In this document: positions 29,424-39,886 of the stretch, piece after piece
Layout: each line of letters begins with the position of its first letter
How positions within the stretch are numbered: position 1 is the stretch's first letter
IMG/VR virus record: IMGVR_UViG_2837218921_000006
Coordinates: 21,395-85,394 of that record
Source of the DNA: a virus
Taxonomy: Duplodnaviria; Caudoviricetes
Strand: one strand, 5' to 3'
Length of the DNA: 64,000 nucleotides
Translations under genes and position numbers: made by a program
Notes under the pieces: generated by a model
What the model was told of the DNA's origin: nothing
The model's input: only the letters and a program-made list of their open reading frames with translations
The model's database searches: none

Positions 29424-30992
29424 TCACCATGAATTTTTAGGGTGCCGACGCGGTATCGACACCGGTTTGAATGTCTCTTGTCTCGTGCTTCGCTGTAGAA
29501 ACCATATAGCACCTTCGTCTGCGTCCGGCGCGTCATCATGGACACGGGAGCCACGTTCAAGTGCAAGAGTCTGCTCTATGCCTACCTCCATGTCCGGGGT
29601 ACCCTTGAGAGCTTCGTTGTAGAATACGAATCCACGCTCCCACAGAGGCGAGACCGCCTCGATGCGTTGAATCTTCTCTGGCTTTTTTCGGGTGTCCGGC
29701 ATGATTGGCAGCTGATAGCCGCGAATGTTTCCTTCAGTCGCAAACTCATCGAGGATAATATCCTGCATAAAATTCGCCTCCATATAGAATGTCACTACGA
29801 CATTCTCCGGCAAACTTTCATAGAGGTTGTATAGCCAACGCACCATCCCGGAAACGGTATCCTGTCGGACGTATGTGTCGATAAGGTGCAGCTCGGTTCC
29901 TATCTTACCCCACAGGCGACACGCCTTGTAGTCATTGGCTGTGGTCGACTTGAAAGACGGGTCGGTGTAGCAGACAAGCATATCGTACTTGTCGAGTTTG
30001 GGCATACGCTTGAACCGAATCCATTCATGCCTGAAGATGGTGCCGTCCGTGATGGGGTTGTGCATCATCTCCTTTTCCCATGCCCTGTATCCGACAAAAT
30101 CCTTATATTCCTGTGCTTCCTCCTTAGTCCATTTTTCAGCCCATACAGGGTTCCCATCGCTGTCAACGGCCTTTATCTCGGACACATGAACACCTTTGGA
30201 AGCGGCAATATTGGCAAGCACAGAGTTTTTGGAGATAAGGTTGCCGACCATGATAAAACGACCACGGCCAACGTCGAGCGCACCGAACAGAGCCTCCTTC
30301 ACCCAATCGGTCAAATCTTTTATACGCTTTTCATTCCGGCATATCTCGTCATCGTCCAAGTCATCGATGACAATATAGTCCGGGCGAGCCTCGCGGTCAC
30401 GGAGACCACGGGGAGACTGTCCACGGCCAACAGCGAGGAACTTGGCACCGCCCTTGGTCTTGAATTCCCCCTCAAGCCAAGAACCGAGGTTTTTTTGCTC
30501 GCCGAAGTCAGCGATCAATTTCTGATTGAATTCAAGTTCGGCCTGTAAATCGCCGAGCAGACGTATTGCGTTGTCCTCGGACTTGCCGACGGTTATCATA
30601 AAATTGATGAGTCTCTTCGGTTGGAAAATAAGCCAAAGAGGAATGAACACACCGATATGGGTTGACTTGGCATGACCTCTCGGCCATTTGAACACAGCCT
30701 TGAGGTTGGGGGTATTCCTTATCTTCAGAGCGGCCTTCGTGTGGAATGGAGCGTTGTGTATCGTCTTGATGATCTCGCCGGTTGTCTTGTCGCGCAATGT
30801 AAGGAAATGGGCGAAGTAATACTCGCAGAACTCGTCATAGTTCGAGAGCAGCCGCTTTATGCGCCTGTCGCGTTCAACCGGGGTCTCTTTGGCGATAGCC
30901 ATAGACACAGCCGTCAGCGTCTGAACCTCCCGGCAATGTTCCTGCCACCGTTCAAACGCCTCCTTCTGCTCTTTTGTCCATTTAGTCGCCAT
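29424..30992 (-). CDS. Terminase large subunit
   Basis: PRGHAKST, IVIDDLDD, DPS, HDDAPDA. Confidence 0.9.
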   Translation of the reverse strand: MATKWTKEQKEAFERWQEHCREVQTLTAVSMAIAKETPVERDRRIKRLLSNYDEFCEYYFAHFLTLRDKTTGEIIKTIHNAPFHTKAALKIRNTPNLKAVFKWPRGHAKSTHIGVFIPLWLIFQPKRLINFMITVGKSEDNAIRLLGDLQAELEFNQKLIADFGEQKNLGSWLEGEFKTKGGAKFLAVGRGQSPRGLRDREARPDYIVIDDLDDDEICRNEKRIKDLTDWVKEALFGALDVGRGRFIMVGNLISKNSVLANIAASKGVHVSEIKAVDSDGNPVWAEKWTKEEAQEYKDFVGYRAWEKEMMHNPITDGTIFRHEWIRFKRMPKLDKYDMLVCYTDPSFKSTTANDYKACRLWGKIGTELHLIDTYVRQDTVSGMVRWLYNLYESLPENVVVTFYMEANFMQDIILDEFATEGNIRGYQLPIMPDTRKKPEKIQRIEAVSPLWERGFVFYNEALKGTPDMEVGIEQTLALERGSRVHDDAPDADEGAIWFLQRSTRQETFKPVSIPRRHPKNSW

Positions 30993-31470
30993 AGCAAACG
31001 AGAGTTCCCTTGTTAAAAGATTCTATGAGGAACCCGTCCTGCAACCTGTTTACAGTCTTGATAAGCTCAAGTGTGATCTCTGGGTCTGTCTTAGCACGGA
31101 ATTCAAGATATTTCGAGAAGGCGGTGAATACTTCTATTGCCGCCACGACGTTAGCCTGTGACTTGTCAAGTTTATCAATGGCGGCTGTCAGTTTGGACAG
31201 CTTGTCTCCGAGACTGTCGATAAGGTTGAGGTCGCCGGAGGCGTTCACTTTGTCAAGAAGGGTGTTTGTGGCAAGCAGCAGCTTCTTGATCAGTTCCGGG
31301 CGTGATATTGTTTTTGCCGCACGGGTTTCCTTCCATCCGTCGGCGGTACACCATTTCGATATAGTTACCCTCGATACGCCGACCATGTCCGCGATCTCGG
31401 TCTGCTCCTTCCCGGACATATACAAGGTACGGGCAAGGTCTTTTTTTCTTTCGAGTTCTGCTTTTGTCAT
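30982..31470 (-). CDS. Terminase small subunit (HTH)
   Basis: QTEIADMVGVSRVTISKW; upstream of the large subunit. Confidence 0.8.
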   Translation of the reverse strand: MTKAELERKKDLARTLYMSGKEQTEIADMVGVSRVTISKWCTADGWKETRAAKTISRPELIKKLLLATNTLLDKVNASGDLNLIDSLGDKLSKLTAAIDKLDKSQANVVAAIEVFTAFSKYLEFRAKTDPEITLELIKTVNRLQDGFLIESFNKGTLVCYGD

Positions 31471-31534
31471 GTTGATAATGATTTTGCGCGGTTACATTTC
31501 GGCAAGCATGATGGTGTCGAGCCGAAAAACTATG

Positions 31535-31645
31535 CAAATTTGGAGAGTTCACGCCTAAGAGCAAAAAAAGTGTGCAACGGTTTCATACAAGTGTGCAACC
31601 GTTGCACACTTTCTTGTCGGGCAGAGGATTACGTCGTAATATTGC
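31535..31645. promoter_or_regulatory. Divergent late promoters with GTGTGCAAC boxes
   Basis: AAGTGTGCAACGG and AAGTGTGCAACCGTTGCACACTT, ~30 nt from degenerate -7 boxes CAAATTTG (minus) and TAATATTG (plus). Confidence 0.55.
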
Positions 31646-31671
31646 ACCGAATTTCAAACGCAACGACCGCA

Positions 31672-32616
31672 ATGGGAAAAAGAGTAAGAATGACTGATGA
31701 CAGTCTCAACAGCCACGGAAGCCGGGTATTGACAGCCGGGTGTGACACCGCACAATATGAGCGGAACCCTGTGCTGCTGTACATGCACGAGCGCGGCAAG
31801 GTCATCGGTTACATGAAGGACATCGAGGTCAAGAATGGCGAGATCAGCGGCGAGCCGGTCTTCGACTGCGCGACTGAATTGTCCAAGCAGTGTAAAAAAC
31901 AATGGGAGGTAGGTTCTCTCCGAATGGTCAGCATCGGAATCGATGTCCTTGAGCTTAGTGAAAAGCCGGAACATCTCGTTGCCGGGCAGACTGCGCCGAC
32001 CATTACGAAGAGCAAGATCTTCGAGACCTCCATAGTTGACATCGGAGCCAATGACAATGCCATAGTCATGCGCCACAACGGAAAGCAGATAACGCTGGGC
32101 AGGGACAGCGAAAATCCCCTGCCTATGCTCAGTAATAAACCTCAAACAACAAAACAACAAATGGAACTCAAGACCATCGCCCTCAAACTGGGTTTGCCGG
32201 AAACGGCTGACGAGACCGCCGTGCTTGCAAAAATCGGCGAGCTGAACCTTACTGCCGCAGAAGTGGAGCAGCTCAAAAAAGACAAGGATGCGCTGACTCT
32301 CTCGCAGGTTACTTCTGCCGTCGAGACCGCCATCAAGGAAAACCGTCTCACACCCGATAAGAAGGAACATTTCATCAACCTTGGCAAGACAATCGGCATC
32401 GACAGTCTCAAGGCGACCCTCGACGCAATGACCCCGGCGGCAAAGCTCAGTAAAACCATCACTCCGTCTAACGGTAGCACACCCCCTGCCGGTCAGAAGA
32501 CCTACAACAAGTTCCGCGAGGTTCCCGAAGATGAACTCCGCAAAATGCGCAGCGAGAATCCGACAGAATATCGCCGTCTCTTCAAAGCCGAATATGGCTA
32601 CGATTGCAACATCTAA
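31672..32616 (+). CDS. Prohead protease/scaffold
   Basis: NPVLLYMH, SIGI, ETSIVDIGAN; helical C-terminal scaffold region. Confidence 0.85.
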   Translation: MGKRVRMTDDSLNSHGSRVLTAGCDTAQYERNPVLLYMHERGKVIGYMKDIEVKNGEISGEPVFDCATELSKQCKKQWEVGSLRMVSIGIDVLELSEKPEHLVAGQTAPTITKSKIFETSIVDIGANDNAIVMRHNGKQITLGRDSENPLPMLSNKPQTTKQQMELKTIALKLGLPETADETAVLAKIGELNLTAAEVEQLKKDKDALTLSQVTSAVETAIKENRLTPDKKEHFINLGKTIGIDSLKATLDAMTPAAKLSKTITPSNGSTPPAGQKTYNKFREVPEDELRKMRSENPTEYRRLFKAEYGYDCNI

Positions 32617-32631
32617 CCAAAAATATCAACA

Positions 32632-33726
32632 ATGATGAAAACAGCATCCAAAACCATCTGCGCTCTGCTTTTCAATATGCTCATGGGCGCAATCATCGCA
32701 ACGCTTCTCGGCGTTCCCCCTCTCGTCGGTATGCTCTTCATGGTGGCCATAGGCATCACCATGAGCTTCGCGCCGGTCCCCAAAGGCGCACTCCGTGCCG
32801 GAGTCTATACCGAGGTATGGACAGGCGAGCTTGTGAAAGGACTCCGCGAGTTCCTAACAGGCTCATGGCTCGACGGTGTTCCTGACCAATCGTCTATCGT
32901 CAACAACGATGTCATCCACCTTGTAGAAGTGGGTGTTGACCCCGATGTCCTCATCAATAACACGACCTATCCGATTCCGCTTCAGGCACTCGAAGATAAG
33001 GATATCGCCATCTCGCTCGACAAATTCCAGACAAAGGTCACTCCCGTCACCGACGATGAACTGTATGCCATTTCGTATGACAAGATGTCCCGTGTCAAGG
33101 AAAGCCATGCCAACGCCCTCAGCGATGCTAAATTCGCAAAAGCGGCACACGCACTGTGCGCACAGGAGAATACAGACAAGACACCCGTCCTTAAGACTAC
33201 CGGCGCAGCAGACCCCACAACAGGCCGACATCGTCTTACCCTTAACGACCTAATCAGTCTGAAAGAGGCTCTCGACAACCTCAAGGTGCCGGCCTCGAAT
33301 CGTCGTCTTGTCCTTTGCCCCGACCATGTAAACGACCTGCTGCGTTCCGAGCAGACATTCCGTGAGCAGTTCAATATCAACCGCAATACCGGCACTGTCG
33401 GCAATCTGTATGGCTTTGACATCTATACTTACGGAGACAACCCTGTCTATACAACCGCCGGTAAGAAAAAGGCAGTCCAAGCAGCTGCAAGTGCAGGTGA
33501 ATTCCAGTGTTCATTTGCCTTCTATGTTCCCCGTGTGTTCAAGGCTACCGGCTCCACAAAGATGTATTACAGCGAGGCTTCGACCGACCCCGAATACCAG
33601 CGTAATAAAATCAACTTCCGCCATTACTTCATCGCAATGCCTAAGAAGGCTGATGCCGGTGCTGTAATGATGAGTGGCTATACCGCTCCGACTACAGGTG
33701 GCGGTACACAGACTGAAGGTAAGTAA
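32632..33726 (+). CDS. Probable major capsid protein with hydrophobic N-terminal leader
   Basis: Follows the protease; capsid-like size; VPASNRRLVL..GNLYGFDIY. Confidence 0.75.
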   Translation: MMKTASKTICALLFNMLMGAIIATLLGVPPLVGMLFMVAIGITMSFAPVPKGALRAGVYTEVWTGELVKGLREFLTGSWLDGVPDQSSIVNNDVIHLVEVGVDPDVLINNTTYPIPLQALEDKDIAISLDKFQTKVTPVTDDELYAISYDKMSRVKESHANALSDAKFAKAAHALCAQENTDKTPVLKTTGAADPTTGRHRLTLNDLISLKEALDNLKVPASNRRLVLCPDHVNDLLRSEQTFREQFNINRNTGTVGNLYGFDIYTYGDNPVYTTAGKKKAVQAAASAGEFQCSFAFYVPRVFKATGSTKMYYSEASTDPEYQRNKINFRHYFIAMPKKADAGAVMMSGYTAPTTGGGTQTEGK

Positions 33727-33729
33727 CGC

Positions 33730-34233
33730 ATGGCAAGACTCAAGTATCTTGTAATTCACTGCACCGCCACCCCGGAGGGTCGTGATGTGTCCGCCGCAGA
33801 CATACGGCGTATGCATTGCTCCCCGGTGAGTGCCGGTGGCAGGGGATGGAAGCAGGTAGGCTACACAGACCTGTTCCGGCTCGACGGCACAGTCGAGCGT
33901 CTTGTGAATAATAACGAGGATGCCAATGTCGATCCGTGGGAAGTTACCAACGGAGCCAAGGGCTACAACTCCATCAGCCGACACATCGTGTATGCAGGTG
34001 GCTGTGACGAGTCTATGAATCCGAAGGATACCCGGACAGCGGCTCAGAAAAAAGCAATGGCCGCTTACGTCCTCAATTTCCACCGCCGGTTCCCCGATGT
34101 CAAGATCATAGGACACCGCGACCTGTCGCCCGACCTTAACGGCAATGGCATCATCGAACCCTTCGAGTTTATGAAAGCGTGTCCGAGCTTTGAAGTTTCG
34201 GAGTGGCTTAAATCTATCGGCATCAACCAATAA
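33730..34233 (+). CDS. N-acetylmuramoyl-L-alanine amidase (endolysin)
   Basis: IHCTATPEG, GHRDLSPD, KACPSF. Confidence 0.9.
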   Translation: MARLKYLVIHCTATPEGRDVSAADIRRMHCSPVSAGGRGWKQVGYTDLFRLDGTVERLVNNNEDANVDPWEVTNGAKGYNSISRHIVYAGGCDESMNPKDTRTAAQKKAMAAYVLNFHRRFPDVKIIGHRDLSPDLNGNGIIEPFEFMKACPSFEVSEWLKSIGINQ

Positions 34234-34252
34234 TCAACAAATCCGAGTGGCT

Positions 34253-34750
34253 ATGACATTCAGTGAAATTCTTAACATACTTCTTGGCGGTGGCTTCCTT
34301 GCCTTAATGGTGGGTGTCATTACGCTCAAGGCGACAGTCCGAAAGGCCAACGCCGATGCCGAGAGAGCAAAGGCCGATGCCGAAAGTGTGCGCATCACCA
34401 ACACTGAGAACGCCACCCGGATTCTTGTAGAAAACATCGTCAAACCTTTAAAAGAGGAACTCAATGCAACCAGAGAAGACCTACAGGCAACGAAAAAGGA
34501 GATGGCCTCTACCAAGAGAGAGATGGCGCGTCTCCGCAAGGCTGTCGAAGCTGCTTCCGGCTGTCCTCATTCCGATGGCTGTCCTGTGCTGCGTAAGTTG
34601 CGCGACAACCAAAAAGACACAGACGGAACAGATTCAGGCAGTGCAGACGGTAGAGAAGCACGATACCATAACAGTGATAAGGCAGATACACAAGGAGACG
34701 GTGCCGATGAGTCAGGCTCGGATAACCGTATCCGTGGACAGCCTCCTTAA
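34253..34750 (+). CDS. TM plus coiled-coil lysis protein (holin/i-spanin-like)
   Basis: N-terminal TM, coiled coil; follows the endolysin. Confidence 0.6.
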   Translation: MTFSEILNILLGGGFLALMVGVITLKATVRKANADAERAKADAESVRITNTENATRILVENIVKPLKEELNATREDLQATKKEMASTKREMARLRKAVEAASGCPHSDGCPVLRKLRDNQKDTDGTDSGSADGREARYHNSDKADTQGDGADESGSDNRIRGQPP

Positions 34751-35054
34751 ACTCCCGGCAGGAGCGTCGTACCATAAGCGCAGCGGTCAAGCCGGAGCCG
34801 AGGTCTCCTTAAGAGGCGACACAATCTTCGTCACCGCGACCTGCGACAGTCTTCAGCGCGAAGTGGAATATTACGAGGAGCAATACCAAGCCACCCTCGA
34901 AGCTCTCGACAACCTCAAGGAGAGCGTTCAAACGGAGCGCGAACACCGTTCAAATCCAATTAAAATCGCATTGGCGGCATTTATTGCCGGACTGTTTGTC
35001 GGCGTACTCTCAACAATAATCATCTTATCAAAATCCCGATATGGAAAAAAATAA
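34464..35054 (+). CDS. Overlapping lipoprotein with C-terminal TM (spanin-like)
   Basis: LLPAVLIPMAVLCCVSC lipobox; C-terminal IALAAFIAGLFVGVLSTIIIL. Confidence 0.6.
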   Translation: MQPEKTYRQRKRRWPLPRERWRVSARLSKLLPAVLIPMAVLCCVSCATTKKTQTEQIQAVQTVEKHDTITVIRQIHKETVPMSQARITVSVDSLLKLPAGASYHKRSGQAGAEVSLRGDTIFVTATCDSLQREVEYYEEQYQATLEALDNLKESVQTEREHRSNPIKIALAAFIAGLFVGVLSTIIILSKSRYGKK

Positions 35055-35538
35055 AAACTTCCTGTATGGCATCGGCTCGCTTGCTTTCGATGACTTTACG
35101 ATGGGCTACATCGAAAAAGGCTCATTCGATTTCGGAGGCACCAAGCCGGAATCCGTCGATGTGGAGGCCGAGCAGGTTCCCGATGCGCCGGTTCTGACCC
35201 TGCTTCAGAAAAATGGTCAGATTGCCCCGACCTTCAACCTCATTCAGCTCAACTACGAGAATATCGCGGCTGTGCTCGGTGGCAAACTTATCGGCACCAA
35301 ACCGAACTACACCGGCTGGGAGGCTCCTTCCGACCTCGTTCAAAAGTCCGGCAAGTGGACAATCAATCTCGTTTCCGGCCAAGTGATCACCATTCCCAAC
35401 GGCACCATTCTCGCAAGCCTTGCCGGTAAGCTCACACTTACCGAAGTCGCAAAGCTCGAATGTCAGCTCAAGGTCAACAAACCGACCGATGGCTCTGCGC
35501 CATATTCCATCAAAGACGCTCCGGCTTCGGCAGGTTAG
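35041..35538 (+). CDS. Probable major tail tube protein
   Basis: Position before chaperone and tape measure; beta-rich. Confidence 0.65.
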   Translation: MEKNKNFLYGIGSLAFDDFTMGYIEKGSFDFGGTKPESVDVEAEQVPDAPVLTLLQKNGQIAPTFNLIQLNYENIAAVLGGKLIGTKPNYTGWEAPSDLVQKSGKWTINLVSGQVITIPNGTILASLAGKLTLTEVAKLECQLKVNKPTDGSAPYSIKDAPASAG

Positions 35539-35544
35539 TAACGT

Positions 35545-36257
35545 ATGAAGGACAAGACCATCAGAATGATCCAACAGGAGGCAGCGGAGGCACTCTTAAA
35601 CGTGGGTGTCTCCCTCCCCCTGAAGGAGTTCCGGCTACCGTTCAGAAAACGACCGATAGTCTTTAGGGTGACGATGCGCCGCCCCTGCATGTCCGGCCAA
35701 ATCGAAATTGCCCGGACTTATTTGTCAATGGGGGTCAAAAGCTCCGATATGGAGAAATTCTCCAAGGAAGAGCAGATGGAGTTCCTCGCCAAACATGGAG
35801 GCAAGATCTGTAGGATGATCGCCCTGACTCTTGGCCGAACAGTCTATGTGAAGCCGTTGACATGGTTCGTGCGCCATTTTGTCCGCTATGAATATCAGAT
35901 AGCGGCTGTGAGGGAATTCGTCCGTCTCATGGGAACCGACCCTTTTATACCTATTATCAGATCAGCCGAGAAGACAAATCCGATGCGGCTGAGACTGAGC
36001 CAAAAAAAGAAGGGGAGTTAACGACTCACTACGAGAATTCCCATAGCCCCTTCGGATTCCTGTGGCAAGTGGCTACCGCCACGGGATGGACGATTGACTA
36101 CATACTCCACAAGGTCAATTATCAGACACTCATCATGATGTTGAGCGATGCGCCCCGGTATATCGAGAAACGAACCTCAAAGCCGGAGGCCGGAGGTTCG
36201 GCAGAGGATGAAGCCAACGAAGTAGCAGGATTTTTCAGAAGCAATCTCTTACAATGA
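35545..36257 (+). CDS. Tail assembly chaperone G/GT pair joined by a -1 frameshift
   Basis: A AAA AAG at 36003-36009; -1 frame is open into ORF 36069-36257; GAAGGGG/CCCCTTC stem downstream. Confidence 0.8.
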
Positions 36258-38988
36258 AACCGGTCGAAATAGAATTCTTGATGAAAGACGGACTGACTCC
36301 CGGCTTGAAAAACGCCGGGAGGATAGTCCGTCAGTTCTCCGATGACGCAGCAGCCGAGTTAAAGGAAGTGTCAGAGTCTCTCAAATTGCAGAGGCAGCAC
36401 GTCTCGCGCCTTGAAAAGACTCTCAAGGAATTGGAGAAGGCATCCAAGAGTGCTGCGCCCGGTGCTGAGTGGAGCAAAGCCAAAGCTCGTATCGAGGAAG
36501 TCAGGAAGGAACTCGAAGACGAGAAAGCCGGACTTGCCGAGCTTGTCGATATGGAGAATCAGCTCAAGGCTGCGTCGGAGGGAGCGGATGTCTCCCTCCG
36601 GCAGCAGCTCCGCAATCTCACTCAAGAGATAGCCACACTCATGGTCGCGTATGCCCAACTCAGCGATGAAGAGCGTGCCACAGCCGAGGGAAAGGCTCTG
36701 CAACGTCATATCGAGGAGCTGACCGAACAGGCCGGTGTCTTGAGAGACGCGATGGGCGATACCACTGCGGCCATTAACAACGCAGCTTCCGACACACGAG
36801 GCTTCGATCAGTTGACGGGAGCCCTTCAGCTTGCCATCGACAGTTTCGGCTTGGCGACCGCCGGAGCCGAGATGTTCGGAGTCAGCCAAGAGGATTTGGT
36901 GGAGGCTCAGACAAAATTACAGGCAGCTCTTGTAGCGAGCAACGCACTCAGTTCCATTCAGAATAACTTGCAGAGGCAGTCTGCACTCATGCAGGGCATC
37001 GGAATTATTCAGACCAAGGCTGCTACTACTGCCGAAACGATAAAGACTGCCGCGCAGGGTCGCGGGGTTATTGTCACTAAGGCCGCTACAATCGCACAGG
37101 CGGCGTTTAATGCGGTTGCCAAGGCGAATCCTTATGTCTTGCTTGCTATGGCCTGTGTGACGGTCGTAGGGGCTTTGTATGCCTTTGCCAAGGGTAGTAA
37201 GGCAGCTCAGAAAGCAGAGGAAGAGCGTCAGGAACAAATGGAGAAAGCGCGTGAGGAGCAGGAGGAATTTGCCCGGACGGTAGCCACTGCTGCCGGAGAG
37301 CAGATTGCGTCTTTCCTCAAATTGAAACGTGCATGGGAGAACCTTGGAGACAGTTTCGATAAAAAGAAGAAGTTTATAACAGATACCAAGGAGGAATGGC
37401 GCAAGCTCGGTAAAGAGATAGACAACGTCAACGATATGGAGAAGATATTCCGTCAGCATACGAAAGATATGATGACGGCGATCATTCTCCGCGCAGAACT
37501 GAAAGCCTATGAGACCCGTATTCAGAATGTCGCAGACCAGATGGTCGAGAACATTGAAAAGAATAAAACATATAAATATGTTCCGGCGACTACCGAAACA
37601 AGATTCGTAGATCTGACTGAGGCCGAGAAAGCGGCCATCTCCGATCGGGACAGTGCCGGAAACTTTGTAACAGGCGGTCGTGGGGAACGAAATCTCCGAA
37701 TGGTAAAAGGAGCCTCTTCATATTGGGCTCTTACTGACGAGGGTGCGCGTATTGTCACTCAGATGCGCAGGGATGCCGGTAATGCTTCGGCTTTGGCCGC
37801 TCAGAACAATGCCCGGACAAATGCCGAAAGGACTATTCAGGAATATATCGGTGAAATGAATCGACTGGCCGATCAACTTGATGCTACTATGGCAAATATT
37901 CCCGGTACAAATGTTGATCCGGATGGTGGTAAGCCGGACAAACCCGATAAGCCGGACAAACCCGACAAAGATGATCGTGTCGAGCAGGAACGTCGTGTCG
38001 CAGAGGAACTGCGCAAACTGCGATGGAAAAATCAGCAAGAGGAAATCGACCAACTTGAGGATGGTGCAGAGAAGCGTCGCCGTCAGATTGCCCTTGACTA
38101 TGAAAAGCAGATGTCCGAAATACAGGATCAAGAGGATAAGTGGCGAGAGATGCAGAACGGCACGTTGTCGCCGGAGCAAACCGAGGCTATTGCCGAGGCT
38201 CGCCGTCTCGCCAACCAAGGTATGCAGAATGCCATTCGTGAGGTCGAGAATGACGAAGTTGCAAAGAACCGGGAAAAGCTCAATGAGCTGCTTGAGCAGT
38301 ATAAGGACTATGATCAACGCCGCAGGGATATAGAATCATCCTATAAAGCCGATATGGAAACCCTCAATGCTGAACTCGCCCGGCTTGAATCGGAGGGATT
38401 GGACACCACCGAAATCAAGTCGGCAATATCAGCCCGCGAACAGGCTTACCGTTCCTCTATTTCATCGCTTGAGGGAGAAATATTGCAGGCAAGCGATTTC
38501 TATGACAAACTGTTCGGCACGGTATCCGACCGAGGATATAAAGTCCTCAAGGATTTCTATGCACAGGCAAAGGAGACTCTTGAGAATGCAAAGGTTGACG
38601 GCGACGGTGTCGAAATAACCATCCCGGTAAAGGATGCCGACGGCAAGTTTGTAAAGAAGGCGGTCAAAATAACAGTCGATGAGTACCGGCGAATGCTCAA
38701 GCAGGTGCAGGAAATCAAGAAGCAGCTTGAAAAGAATAATCCTTTTGCCGCTTTCAGGACTTCATGGTCTGAACTTAACAAAGCCATCAAAGAGGGAGGT
38801 GATGTGTCCGGCGCACTCAAAGACCTCAATGCAAAGGGGAAGGAAGTGACAAGTACCATACGGGGCTGGGGAGAATCCCTCGGCTCAGTGTTTGGTGATA
38901 ACTTCAAGAACTCGATGAATGAGATTCTGACCTTCTGCGACGGAGCAATGGATATGGGTACCGGCATCGCGCAGATATGGTCGGGAGA
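36254..38988 (+). pseudogene. Tape measure protein truncated by IS21
   Basis: Long helical Ala-rich ORF; last residues come from the IS inverted repeat; no continuation after the IS. Confidence 0.85.
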
Positions 38989-39100
38989 TGGAAAACCCAG
39001 GCTCGGATGACCCCTTAGACCAAGGTTGAATTGACCCCTGAAAATATTTTGAATTGACCCCTGAAAACGTTCTGGCCGACGGGGTCAATTTTATTTTGTC

Positions 39101-39886
39101 TTATCGGCTTTTTATAGCTTTAAGCTTACGGACGCTTTCGCCGGTAAGCGTGATTCGATGAGCAGTGTGGACAATGCGATCGAGTATTGCATCTGCCACT
39201 GTGGAGTCACCGATTGCTTCGTACCAGTCCAGTTCGGGGAGCTGTGATGTCACGATGATTGATTTGCGACCATGGCGGTCTTCGATGATTTCCGTAAGGT
39301 GTGCGCGTTCCTTGGCGTCGAGAGGCACCAGGAAGAGATCGTCGAGGATCAGGAGCTGCGTTTTTTCGAGTTTCTTGAGCTCCGTTTCGATTGTTCCTTT
39401 GTTTTTGGCGATTTTCAGGGTCCCCATCAGTTTGGATGCGTTCGCGTACAGTACGCGCATACCGGCCTTGCATGCCTCGTATCCCAGTGCTGTTGCCAGA
39501 TAGCTTTTGCCCGTACCAGAACAGCCTGTGATGAACAGGTTTTCACCTTTACGGATAAAGTCCAGCGATGCGAGACGCTCCATCTGATTACGATCCAGGC
39601 CACGCGGAAGGTTATAGTCAATCTGCGCCACCGACGCGTCATCGTATCTGAAGTTTGCGTTTTTCACCAGGCGCTCAATATTGCGTGCGGCCCTGTAGTC
39701 CCATTCTCTGGATAACAGCCAGTTCAGAAAGCTGTCAGGTGTCATTGTCTCGGCGAATGTGGCCTGAAGACTTTCGGAAAACGCTGCCGACATGCCGTGT
39801 AAGCGCATACGGTGCATCAGATCCAGAGAGATGGAGTTGCGGTCTTTCTCCGCTGTTATTGGCGTGGTTTTATTGTTCGTTTCCAT
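39101..39886 (-). CDS. istB: IS21 helper ATPase
   Basis: GCSGTGKS, LILDD, DAILDRIVH. Confidence 0.93.
   Translation of the reverse strand: METNNKTTPITAEKDRNSISLDLMHRMRLHGMSAAFSESLQATFAETMTPDSFLNWLLSREWDYRAARNIERLVKNANFRYDDASVAQIDYNLPRGLDRNQMERLASLDFIRKGENLFITGCSGTGKSYLATALGYEACKAGMRVLYANASKLMGTLKIAKNKGTIETELKKLEKTQLLILDDLFLVPLDAKERAHLTEIIEDRHGRKSIIVTSQLPELDWYEAIGDSTVADAILDRIVHTAHRITLTGESVRKLKAIKSR

Larger units (their letters stand above)
10164..38988. mobile_element. Mu-like transposable prophage (Hankyphage-like), right part missing
   Basis: TG-started end with repeated AAAACGAAGCGTTT; transposase plus AAA ATPase; DUF3164-like, gpF/gpG-like, portal, terminase, capsid and tail genes; DGR. 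Confidence 0.9.

Noticed and set aside
37930-37970. KPD tandem repeat in the tape measure gene
   Set aside because: Low-complexity linker with synonymous variation; no sign of an array or switch.
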